Below are positions 8,285 through 20,297 of a stretch of DNA of 64,000 bases, piece by piece. This DNA comes from Candidatus Entotheonellaceae bacterium (GTDB taxonomy: Bacteria; Tectomicrobia; Entotheonellia; Entotheonellales; Entotheonellaceae), in NCBI GenBank assembly GCA_965238075.1, contig OZ250173.1, positions 2,464,001 to 2,528,000 on the forward strand. Direction: 5' to 3'. A model generated the notes under the pieces. The model worked only from the letters and a program-made list of their open reading frames with translations. It ran no database searches and was not told where the DNA came from. Every line of letters begins with the position of its first letter. Within the stretch, counting starts at the first letter, position 1. The position numbers and the translations under genes were made by a program.

Positions 8285-9694
8285 TCAGACGCCGGCGATC
8301 ACGGGCATGTCCGCTCTCGATGATGCCCTTTCACCCGCCAAGGCGTAGAGACCGGCTTGGGTTACGCGCACGGGCACCAACTGGCCGATGCAGGAGGGAT
8401 CGGCGGGGAAGTTGATGATCTTGTTGGTGCGGGTGCGCCCGGTCAGTTTGGCGGGGTCTTTCTTGCTGGGTCCTTCCACCAGAACCTCGTAGATTTCCCC
8501 TTCGTAAACCAGATTCGCGGCCAGGGAGATGCGCTTCTGCATGTTCAGGAGGCCCTCGAAGCGGCGTTGCTTATCCGCGTGCGGCACCTGATCGGGCAGG
8601 CCGGGGGCGATGGTACCGGGGCGTTCGGAGTAGTTGAACAGGTAGATGGCGTCGAAGCGCACCAACTCCAGCATGCGGCGCGTTTCCAGAAACTCCACTT
8701 CGGTCTCGCCTGGGAATCCCACGATGACGTCGGTGGAAAGCGCGATATCGGGTACCGCCTCGCGGATACGGGCGATGAGATCGCGGTAGCCCTCGGCGGT
8801 GTAGCCGCGGCGCATCAGTTTGAGGATGCGGTCGGCGCCGGCCTGGAAGGGCAGGTGGAGGAACTCGCAGACTTTGTCCAGCCCGGCCATGGCATCGATG
8901 AGGCGCTGGGTGAAATCCAGTGGGTGGGAGGTGACGAACCGGATGCGCTCGATGCCCGCTACCTCCTGCATGGCTTCGAGCAGGGCGGCAAAATCGGAAC
9001 GATGCGGCCGGAAGTCGCTGCCGTAGGCGTTGACGTTCTGCCCGACCAAGGTGACCTCGCGGTAGCCGGCGTCCGCCAATCCGCGTACTTCGTCCAGAAG
9101 GACGGACATGGAGCGGCTGACCTGCGGCCCGCGGGTATTCGGCACGACGCAGAAGGAACAGCGCTTGTTGCAGCCGTGCATGACGCTGACGAATGCCGTC
9201 ACCCGGCTGTCGCGCTGCACGGGCAGGGCGCCGAGGTCGCCGTCGAGCACCTTGTCGGTAATCTCCAGAACGGGTTCGCCCGCCGTCTCGACCTGTTGCA
9301 CCAAGTCCAGCACGCGGCTGACGTTCAAGGTGCCGAACACCAGGTCGACGTACGGCGCCCGCTCCAGAATTTCCCCCCTGGCGCGCTGCGCGATGCAGCC
9401 GCAAACGCCGATCATCATGCCCGGGCGCTGCTGCTTGAGGCGCCGGAGACGGCCCAATTCACTGTAAAACTTCTGCTCCGCCTTCTCGCGGATGCTGCAC
9501 GTGTTCATCAGCACCAGATCGGCCTGTTGCGCGTCCGGCGTGAGTTCGTAGCCGCCCTGTCTGAGCACCCCGGCCATGCGCTCGGAATCGTACACGTTCA
9601 TCTGGCAGCCGTAGGTGATGATGGAAAGTTTCTTCGTCGAATGCCCCTCCCCTTGAGGGAGGGGTCGGGGAGGGGAAATGGTCTTCGTTGTCAT
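8285..9694 (-). CDS. miaB: tRNA-2-methylthio-N6-dimethylallyladenosine synthase (radical SAM)
   Basis: TYGCQMN, NTCSIREKAE, CNKRCSFC (CxxxCxxC), TSHP, C-terminal TRAM domain. Confidence 0.96.
   Translation of the reverse strand: MTTKTISPPRPLPQGEGHSTKKLSIITYGCQMNVYDSERMAGVLRQGGYELTPDAQQADLVLMNTCSIREKAEQKFYSELGRLRRLKQQRPGMMIGVCGCIAQRARGEILERAPYVDLVFGTLNVSRVLDLVQQVETAGEPVLEITDKVLDGDLGALPVQRDSRVTAFVSVMHGCNKRCSFCVVPNTRGPQVSRSMSVLLDEVRGLADAGYREVTLVGQNVNAYGSDFRPHRSDFAALLEAMQEVAGIERIRFVTSHPLDFTQRLIDAMAGLDKVCEFLHLPFQAGADRILKLMRRGYTAEGYRDLIARIREAVPDIALSTDVIVGFPGETEVEFLETRRMLELVRFDAIYLFNYSERPGTIAPGLPDQVPHADKQRRFEGLLNMQKRISLAANLVYEGEIYEVLVEGPSKKDPAKLTGRTRTNKIINFPADPSCIGQLVPVRVTQAGLYALAGERASSRADMPVIAGV
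9644..9675. repeat. GC-rich palindromic repeat within the miaB 5' coding region
   Basis: CCCCTCCCCTTGAGGGAGGGGTCGGGGAGGGG, flanked by direct TCTTCGT copies at 9631-9637 and 9682-9688. Confidence 0.65.
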
Positions 9695-9766
9695 GCGGTA
9701 TCCTCAGAGGGGTTGATGATTCTGCTCCCGCTTTGAGTTGAACATTACGCAAATCGAAGCGACGGC

Positions 9767-9997
9767 TCAAGGCATCTCGACCGAATGTTGTCGGCAGACA
9801 TTGTTGGAATCACGTCCATTAAAAGTCAACATCGGCGCAATGGCAACGTTCGTATCTTCAATCGTACGGAGACAGCATCGACAAGGCTGATCCGGCGGCG
9901 CGCATTCCTTGCCATCGCCTAGCACCTCGACTCGATAGGACGGACCATTGAGCAACTCCGTGTTGTCGGACCTGGCGATGGCATCGGACCGCGCCAT
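9767..9997 (-). pseudogene. degraded remnant, possibly the C-terminus of a PIN-domain protein
   Basis: Joining frames gives ..ISLVDAV/RTIEDTNVAIAPMLTFNGRD.., resembling the SLVD...LTF.xD tail of PIN/VapC-like proteins. Frameshifted, N-terminus missing. Confidence 0.35.
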
Positions 9998-10201
9998 GTT
10001 CCGGCGTCTCCGGGGCCAGGGCTCAATTTCCGATTAGGTGGTTATGTCAAATCGGCGCGGCAACGTTGTGGTTGCAAGCGGAAAAGAAGTGCCTCGCCAA
10101 GCATCTGGGCTTGTCAGGGCATCCTTGCATGGGGAGGCGTGCCAGAATGACGAGCTCCCTGGTCAACTTCTGATAACCCTGGGTTATGGTGCCTTTGGCG
10201 T

Positions 10202-10700
10202 TCAAGTAAGCTCCGCTTCGTTGAAACCACGCTTATCGAGAAGCTCCTTGAGTTCCTCACGCGACAGGGACGCGATCATCTTGCTGGTCTCGTTTATTCT
10301 TCGTTGTCGCTCTCTGTCTTCGTCCGAGTATGGGATGGAGGCAATTCGCTTCAGTACGACGGCAGGTGCCTGATCACATTGCATGAGATCTCCCCTCATT
10401 GGTATGCTCCAGTCGTCTTGGCTCAATAAAGCTCGTCTTTTGAACTAAGTCGGCTCAACGGTGCCACGAACACCACAATACTTGTGAGTTTTTCTCTGCT
10501 ATGACGAGCTTTCCTTCGAGCTGCGCTTGCTTTGCGTCCTCCATCATTTCTTCCGGTATGCCACGCCAGTCTTCTACTCCACCCAGAACCCACCCGTCTC
10601 TATCTGATTCGTCTCGTAGCCATATGTCTCGTTGCCTCACTTTGTTAAGTTTGACGCCGCAGTGCTCTTGAACCGCATCTACAACGCACTTCCGATCCAA
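10202..10700 (-). pseudogene. fragmented hypothetical gene(s), lower GC
   Basis: Two short protein-like ORFs (10455-10700 and 10202-10426). Adding one A to the A-run near 10490 extends the first as KKLTSIVVFVAPLSRL, suggesting one broken gene. Confidence 0.45.
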
Positions 10701-10813
10701 GGTGTCGAACTTTCCCGCGTGTCTTCTTCCTATCTGTAAAGCCCTTTTATGTCGCCTTCGGACGCAAAAAACGCCTCCTTTTCCGCTTACATCACGTCAG
10801 GGAGTTACCGGCT

Positions 10814-11908
10814 CTAAAGGTTCCAGCGCAGCGCTACATGAAAGCCCACATCTGGCGCTGCCCGCCGCGAGCCGTCATCTTCCGTCACTGCAATTTCGAG
10901 TGTCGCGTGTTCCGAGATTCTCAATGCACCGCCCATGCCGAGAATGACAGCCGTGTCGGCCAACGGTGCGACCGTCGCGTCACTGTAGGGCGATGTGTGG
11001 ACATCAATCTGCGTTGTTAGTGTGAGTCGATCGAAGGGCCGCCAAGTGATACCGAATCTTGCGAAGGTCATCACCCGGTTGCCAAGCTCCGGAAGACCTT
11101 GGGGAGTCTGCGCGGCCAATACACCCAGCGTCGCCGCGTAGAGCCAGGCGCGCGCCTCGTCCGCTCCGGGGAGGACGCCCGACGTTTCAGCCCAGAGAGA
11201 CCCTGAGAAGCTGCCAGAACCCGCAAGGGAGTTGTCATTACCGGTGGGAAGCTTGAGGCTTGCCCGGAACGCAAGACCGTCATTAGCCAGCGGCGACGCC
11301 GGTAGGGCATAACCAATCCCGATGCTGATGTCACCAAGAGACGCCGTATTTTGGCGGATATCGATATGGGTCGAGGCCTCATCGGCGTAAAACAGTACGA
11401 GGCGGTCCCGTGGCGCCCGGTCCCGGCTGCCCTGCGGTAGGCCAAAGACGTTGTGCCAGTTCTCGATGAATCCATCGAATAGACCGGAGCGGTGCGCAAC
11501 GGAGGAGACGTCGACGAAGTACTCCCAGCGTTCCGCAAAGCCCTGCCGTATGGAAAGCCCCAGCCTGTATGTCTCGCCGTCGAGCAGGACCCGCTCTGCA
11601 CCTGCCTTGGCTGCAAGCAAGTGCGAGGCGATATCGAGCGACAGGATCGCTTCCGTTTCCTGCGGCGTTGTAACGCGGGTCCCGAAGGATCCGGGGACGC
11701 CGTGAACAAGCTGAAACGGGTTGAGGTTCACCATGCGCAACGGCGTGGCAACCGCGCCCCATTCGGTTTCACCTGACACCGCTGACACTGACGATCCTGA
11801 GAGCACGACAGCCAGAAGTACGGCGAGAACGACATCCCTTGCGAGAAGGACACGCCCCGGTGACAGTCGAAAGGGTGCATCACCTGACATGGGCGAAAGA
11901 CCTTTCAT
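10814..11908 (-). CDS. DUF3187 family secreted / outer-membrane beta-barrel-like protein
   Basis: Signal-like hydrophobic stretch, LDGETYRL, DGFIENWHNVFGLPQG, LKLPTG, TEDDG..APD, C-terminal aromatic strand. Start uncertain. Confidence 0.75.
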   Translation of the reverse strand: MKGLSPMSGDAPFRLSPGRVLLARDVVLAVLLAVVLSGSSVSAVSGETEWGAVATPLRMVNLNPFQLVHGVPGSFGTRVTTPQETEAILSLDIASHLLAAKAGAERVLLDGETYRLGLSIRQGFAERWEYFVDVSSVAHRSGLFDGFIENWHNVFGLPQGSRDRAPRDRLVLFYADEASTHIDIRQNTASLGDISIGIGYALPASPLANDGLAFRASLKLPTGNDNSLAGSGSFSGSLWAETSGVLPGADEARAWLYAATLGVLAAQTPQGLPELGNRVMTFARFGITWRPFDRLTLTTQIDVHTSPYSDATVAPLADTAVILGMGGALRISEHATLEIAVTEDDGSRRAAPDVGFHVALRWNL

Positions 11909-12364
11909 TGAACGTGGGGAGCGCCTTCCTGATCATGATCCATCTGCCTACTACAGTGACCATCGGGCGCCAAAGCAGTCGCCGAATCTCCGGCAACCGA
12001 ACACCATCAGCCATCAAGAGCCGCTCGCTACGCCACGCGGATCCGCACCCAAAACCATAACTTCCGATAAAGCGTTATATGTTAACTTTCTCAGGCGCTG
12101 AAACCCATGCCGTTATTGGACTTGCGCGATTTGGCGCCGCAGGCCCCCAGAACGCCCCACCGCGGGCAGCGAATCGGGGGATTTCGCCCGGATTCGGTGC
12201 GGAGAGAGCCGCGGAAAATAGCGCCTTTTGGTGCCCAGGTGGGGAATATCGAGCGGCCGCTCGCCGTCGAAGTCGCCGAACCCGCGCCCATGTCCCCGCG
12301 GACGCGGCGCGAGACTAGGTTCAGGCTCTTGGCGTGCCGCTAACACGCCGGTGCCAAAAACTCG

Positions 12365-12653
12365 TTATTCGGCGTTTTCGGGGCCAATACCGGCTTTTTC
12401 TTCGAGGCGCGTAACCCGTCCCCTCGAAGACGCGCAGCGCCTCAAATATCTGATCCAACCGTTCGTCAACGCGATCGAATCGCCGGTTCATCTCCGCCTG
12501 CATCTCGTCGAACCGACGATTGGTCTCAGCCTGCATCCGGTCCATGCGCTCGTTCATGGTGTCCAGCCGCCCGTTGACTTGGTTGAACATGGTCACCATC
12601 GCTACGAACAAACCCACCAGAAGCACATTGTTACTGATCGTCTTCCAGTCTAT
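12365..12653 (-). pseudogene. membrane-anchored coiled-coil small protein with mutated start and frameshift
   Basis: RBS AGGAGG followed by ATA in place of ATG; hydrophobic N-terminus; repeated RMDRMQAETNRRFD/EMQAEMNRRFD. Removing one G at 12420-12423 restores EGRVTRLEEKAGIGPENAE*. Confidence 0.65.
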
Positions 12654-12824
12654 ATCCCCTCCTGCCTCAATCCGACCAGCCCCGACTCATTGGGTGTCGC
12701 CCAGGTCTTCTTCGGTTTCCTCCTTGTCGCCGAAACCCTGCCAAGGGGCACCCTTGCGGCGTCCGATCGCCGTCATTCAATCCTTCGCCCCGACTGTCGG
12801 CCTTCCCGTCAGCAGGGGTTGAAC

Positions 12825-13481
12825 TCATCGCGAGCGCTGCACGCCGACGCGCTTGCAGAATGACACCACCGGGCACTGGCTGCACATTGGTGAGGTCGGC
12901 TTGCAGCAGTGTTGGCCCAACGCCACAAGCATGGGGTTGTAGGTGATCCACAGGTCGCGCGGCAGCTTCTTGCGCAACGCCATCTCGGTGCCCAGCGGGT
13001 CCTTCGTCTTGACGTAGCCCCAGCGGTTGGAAATGCGGTGCACGTGCGTGTCGACGCAAATGGCCGGGATGTTGTAGCCCTCGGCGAGAACCAGGTTTGC
13101 CGTCTTGCGCCCCACGCCGTGGAAGGACGTCAGGGTGTCGATGTCGTCGGGAACCTGGCCGTCGAATTCATCCATCAGCCGCTGCGAGATGGTCAGCACC
13201 TGCTCGGACTTGTTGCGATAAAAGCCGACGGGGTAAATCGCGCGCTCGATGGTTTTCTGGTCCAGTTTCAGCATGGCCTCCGGCGTGTCTGCCAGGGCGA
13301 ACAGGCGCTGCGCCGCCGGCCCGGTCGTCTGGTCCAGGGTCCGCAGGCTGAGCAGCGTGGCGATCAGCACCCGGTACGGGTCGCGGTGCTCCTGCGCCAT
13401 CAGGGTAATCACCGGCGCATCCCAGTGCGGCACTTCACGCTGCAAAACGGCCAATGCTTCGCGCACTTGTTGACGTGTCAT
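12825..13481 (-). CDS. nth: endonuclease III
   Basis: HhH motif GVGRKTANLV, VDTHVHRISNR, 4Fe-4S motif CKPTSPMCSQCPVVSFC. Confidence 0.95.
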   Translation of the reverse strand: MTRQQVREALAVLQREVPHWDAPVITLMAQEHRDPYRVLIATLLSLRTLDQTTGPAAQRLFALADTPEAMLKLDQKTIERAIYPVGFYRNKSEQVLTISQRLMDEFDGQVPDDIDTLTSFHGVGRKTANLVLAEGYNIPAICVDTHVHRISNRWGYVKTKDPLGTEMALRKKLPRDLWITYNPMLVALGQHCCKPTSPMCSQCPVVSFCKRVGVQRSR

Positions 13482-13561
13482 GGCATTCCAATCGGCGGGG
13501 GGATGTTGAGAGGCGGGATTATAGGTTAGACGGCAAGCGGCCTACAAGAACAAACGCCCGC

Positions 13562-16307
<2,746 letters not shown>

Positions 16308-16311
<4 letters not shown>

Positions 16312-17486
16312 ACCTTCTCCTGGAAGATGCCGATGCTCGCCGTGAAGCCGTGCAGAAAATTGCTGGTGCCGATGGGGCCAATTTCGCCGTTGCAAAAGAA
16401 CCCGGCGCTTGGGATGTCGCCGGTGGCGGCGGCAATCATCTCGCTGTCGTGGTTCGGCTTGCCGTACAGGTGGGCGCCGCGCCCGTTGCAGGAAAAAACC
16501 AGCGCCGCCTGCGCTGGCCGGTCGGCCAGCTTGGGCGTGAGGGCCCCCATCATCTTGGTCAGATCTTCCCGCGCGGTGTCGGCGTCGCGTACGTGCAGTT
16601 GCACCGTCTGACCGGGCCGGGTCGTTTCCCCAACCGCAATGGCGCCGCTTTTGGGGTCGGCGCCGAGCAGGGTGCGAATGAGAAAATCGCCGCGCTCGAA
16701 GGTCTCCTTATACTCGTCCACCACGCGCCCGATGAGCAGCGCCGTGCGCGCCAGTTCCTGGTCCTCGGGGGACAGCTCGCCGACCGTCTCGCGCGCCACT
16801 TCCAGGGCCGGGCGGCCGCTCAACTCGTAGATGATCTGGTCCTCGCAGCGCGTCACGAACTGCGGCCGGCCGATGGGCTTGCAGCCCTGCGATACCACGG
16901 TGTGCATCACGAAGTCCCCTTGCAGGGCAATCCCGACGGCGCCGTGTAGCACCTCGCCGTCCAGAAACAGCGCGCAACTGCTCTGCGACTGGCCGCCGCT
17001 GGCCAGGCCGCCCAGCACCGGGCGCAGGGGATAGGCGCTGTTGAACACGTCGAGCAGCTTGCGGGGGTCGATGACGTAGGGATCGGGCAGCAGGATGAAG
17101 GTCGGCTTGTCGTCGGGCGGCAGCCCCAGCCGGTCGTGCCAGTAGCTATCCGACGTTTCCTGCTCCAGCTCGGGCTGCTCGATATGAAACGGCGTGATGG
17201 TGACGCCCGGCAGGTGGGCCGCCATCAGGGACAGGCCGGGCCGTTGCTCCACCTCCTGCTGATCGCCGATCACGCCGCCGCCGGTGCAGCCAATCAGCGT
17301 GTGGCTGGACAACTGCTCTTGCATGACCTGCAACTGGTTTGGGAAATCTTTCAGGTGGTGGGGGGAAGCGAAGACAAGGCTCAGGTGGGCAGACTGTTCG
17401 GATAACTGGCTGGTTACGCTGTCCAATACCTCCGCAACCGCCGCTGCGGTTTGCACCTCGCGTGACATGGCACTGGCAAACTGCAT
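16308..17486 (-). CDS. FIST N/C domain protein (NosP-like sensor)
   Basis: IGCTGGGVIG, GGLASG, VSQGCKPIG, VFSCNGRG, GFFCNGEIGP, LHGFT. Confidence 0.93.
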
Positions 17487-17509
17487 GACATGGCTCCTCT
17501 GTTACGTCG

Positions 17510-18448
17510 CTATTCTTGCGGTTGCCACAGGTGAGTGCTGGCGTAGCGCTCGCCCAGATCGTTGAACAAGGTGACGATGCGGCCCCGTCGCACGCGCGCG
17601 GCAACCCTGGCCACCCCCTGCATGTAACCGCCCGAAGACTGGCCGACGAAAAACCCCTCGCGCGCCAGGCGCCAGCACATGTCGTACGCTTCTTCGATGG
17701 TGACGTCCACGCGCTCGTCAATGACGCTCTGATCGAGAATGGCCGGCACAATGGCGTCGGGCGCGCTGAGCGGCTTCAGCCCTTCGATGCCGGGAAACTC
17801 TTCGGGGATGATGGCGATGACCTTGATGGAGGGGTTGTACTCTTTCAGCCGCCGGCCGATGCCGGTGATGGCGCCGCCGGTGCCGATACCGCCAACGAAG
17901 TGTGTTAGTTGGCCACCGGTTTGCTCCAGGATTTCCAGGGCGGTGCCGTGATAATGCGCCTGCCAGTTACTCGCGTTGCCGTACTGGTCGGCAAAGAAAT
18001 ACCGCTCCGGCTCCTGGTCGGCCAGGTGATGCACCTCGCGCAGTGCCTCGTCGTAGCCCTTCAGTGCGTCGGTGGTGATGAGGTTTGCGCCGTGCGCCAC
18101 GATGCGTTTGCGGCGCTCCAGACTGGCGTTTTCGGGAACCACCAGGGCCACGGGATAGCCGAGGGCGGCACCGAGCATGGCGTAAGCAATGCCGGCGTTG
18201 CCGGAGCTCGAATCCAGAATCGTTTTGCCGGGACACAAGGCGCCGTTGGTCAACGCATCCAGCAGAATCTGCCGTACCGGGCGATCCTTCAGCGACCCTC
18301 CGGGGTTGAAATACTCGAGCTTGGCAAACACGTCGATGTCCGGCAAGGTGTCGCGCAGGACGTTCACCTGAACCAGAGGGGTGTTACCGATCGTTCCCAA
18401 GAGGGGGTACTGCTCGATCAGTTGTTTGTGATCACTCGGGGTTGGCAT
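17510..18448 (-). CDS. PLP-dependent cysteine synthase family protein (CysM/CysK-like)
   Basis: IGNTPLV, KLEYFNPGGSLKDR, SSGNAG, GIGTGG, GIEGLK, GQSSG. Confidence 0.92.
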   Translation of the reverse strand: MPTPSDHKQLIEQYPLLGTIGNTPLVQVNVLRDTLPDIDVFAKLEYFNPGGSLKDRPVRQILLDALTNGALCPGKTILDSSSGNAGIAYAMLGAALGYPVALVVPENASLERRKRIVAHGANLITTDALKGYDEALREVHHLADQEPERYFFADQYGNASNWQAHYHGTALEILEQTGGQLTHFVGGIGTGGAITGIGRRLKEYNPSIKVIAIIPEEFPGIEGLKPLSAPDAIVPAILDQSVIDERVDVTIEEAYDMCWRLAREGFFVGQSSGGYMQGVARVAARVRRGRIVTLFNDLGERYASTHLWQPQE

Positions 18449-18639
18449 GATGCTGTCTCATTTCGTGCGTGTACGGCGCTGTGTTGAGGGTGAGGATATC
18501 TTTTGCGAGCTCTGAGCGTCTTGCGCCTCGGGGCTGTGCGTTAACATGCTTGGTTGCCGATGCTACGTTGCCCGGCCATTGACGGAGCCCGTTTCAGCGA
18601 AAGCTGCCCCATGCCCATACCCCCACAGTCCCAGATCGT

Positions 18640-19178
18640 TGGTTGTTACCTTTCTGGCTTTGTTGATGCTGTCTGGCCGCGCCTCCGAACGTTGCGGCGC
18701 AAGCCCAGCCGGCTGGCGGAGACCCTGGGCAAGTCTATGTGTTTGGCACGCACCTGTTTCGGCTTGGGGACTACTACCGCGCCATCACCGAGTTGAAGCG
18801 GTTTACGCTGCTGTTTCCCCGGCACCGACAGCACGACGCGGCGCAAGTCCTCATCGGCTTGGCCCTGCAAGGCGACGCGGCCTACGGCGACGCCCGCGCT
18901 CATTTTCAGAGGCTGAGCCAGTTTAATGGGGAGATAAGTGGCGCGCAAGTGGCGTCTTCAAGCTCGGCGAGCTCCCCTTCGAGCAGGGCCAGTACCAGCT
19001 CTCCGCACGCAATTGGCAACGCTTTCTGAACGACGCCCCGCAGAGTCCCCTCGCCCGGCGGACAGCGTATCTCCTGGACCCGGCGCGCCATAAGTCACCT
19101 ACCGCGGCTGGTGTCCTTTCCGGCGTTCTGCCAGGGGCCGGGCATCTGTACATCGGCAAGCCGCCATTCTCCTTATGA
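18640..19178 (+). pseudogene. frameshifted and truncated TPR protein (BamD/YfiO-like repeats plus KSP..AG.LS..PGAG.LY motif)
   Basis: Segments in different frames: VVTFLALLMLSG; FGTHLFRLGDYYRAITELKRFTLLFP; FKLGELPFEQGQY...RFLNDAPQSPLA...KSPTAAGVLSGVLPGAGHLYIGK*. Confidence 0.7.
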
Positions 19179-19200
19179 TTCGACCGGACACGGAAGCATT

Positions 19201-20295
19201 CTAAAACTCCGGCACCGTGAGTTCGTCGAGGTTGCCCAGGCGAATGGCCTCGCGTATCCGGCTCATGAGGCGCAGGTAATACGTCACGTTGTGCACCGTG
19301 TTGAGGTGCAGAGCCAGGATTTCGCCCGCCATGAACAAATGGCGCAGGTAGGCGCGCGAATGGTGCTGGCAGGTAAAACAATCGCAGTCGGGATCCAGCG
19401 GGCGCTCATCGGCGCGGTGGCGAGCGTTCTTGATCACCACCTTGCCGGTGGAGGTGAACAGGAATCCGTTGCGGGCGTTACGGGTCGGCAGAACGCAATC
19501 GAACATGTCGATGCCCAGGCGCACGGCGTGCAGGATGTCCTGCGGCTTGCCGACGCCCATCAGATAGCGCGGCTGCCGCTCAGGCAGTCGCTGAGCGGTG
19601 TGGGCCACCATGTCGTACATGACCGAACGGGCCTCGCCGACGCTGAGTCCGCCGATGGCATAGCCGTCGAAGCCGATGTCTTGCAGCTCCTTCGCGCTGG
19701 CGTCCCGCAGTGCCTTGTAGACGCTGCCCTGCACGATGCCGAAAAGCCCCCCGGCGCGCTTGCGTCCTGCCGCGTGGCAGCGTTGCGCCCAGCGCCCGGT
19801 CAGTTCCATGGACAGCCGCGCGCCGTCGTAGGTGACGGGGTAGGGCGTGCATTCGTCGAAGGCCATCATGATGTCGGAGCCCAGGGCCAGTTGGATGTCG
19901 ATGGCGCGCTCCGGCGTGAGCAGGTGCCGGGAGCCGTCAACGTGGGACTGGAAGGTCACGCCGTTTTCGGAAACGCGCGCCAGGCTGCTCAGGCTGAAAA
20001 CCTGAAAGCCGCCGCTGTCGGTGAGGATGGGCAGGCGCCAGCCCATGAATTCGTGCAGCCCGCCGAGGCTGCGGATGAGCTCGTGGCCGGGACGCAGGTA
20101 GAGGTGATAGGTGTTGCCGAGGATGATCGAGGCGCCGCAGGCGAGCAAGTCGCTGCTGCGCAGGGCTTTTACGGTTGCCTGCGTGCCCACCGGCATGAAC
20201 ACGGGCGTGTCGATCATGCCGTGCGGGGTTTCCAGGCGCCCGAGGCGGGCCTGGCTGCGTGGGTCGTGGGCGACGACATCGAACGTCAGTGGCAC
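19201..20295 (-). CDS. tgt: tRNA-guanine transglycosylase
   Basis: TPVFMPVGT, GNTYHL, LTDSGGFQVFSL, FGIVQG, DMFDCV, CDCFTC. GTG start after GGAGG. Confidence 0.97.
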   Translation of the reverse strand: MPLTFDVVAHDPRSQARLGRLETPHGMIDTPVFMPVGTQATVKALRSSDLLACGASIILGNTYHLYLRPGHELIRSLGGLHEFMGWRLPILTDSGGFQVFSLSSLARVSENGVTFQSHVDGSRHLLTPERAIDIQLALGSDIMMAFDECTPYPVTYDGARLSMELTGRWAQRCHAAGRKRAGGLFGIVQGSVYKALRDASAKELQDIGFDGYAIGGLSVGEARSVMYDMVAHTAQRLPERQPRYLMGVGKPQDILHAVRLGIDMFDCVLPTRNARNGFLFTSTGKVVIKNARHRADERPLDPDCDCFTCQHHSRAYLRHLFMAGEILALHLNTVHNVTYYLRLMSRIREAIRLGNLDELTVPEF

Positions 20296-20297
20296 GG

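Noticed and set aside
12070-12350. Possible IS end or MITE in non-coding DNA
   Set aside because: It has an IS-end-like feel, but I found no convincing terminal inverted repeats, target duplication or transposase remnant.
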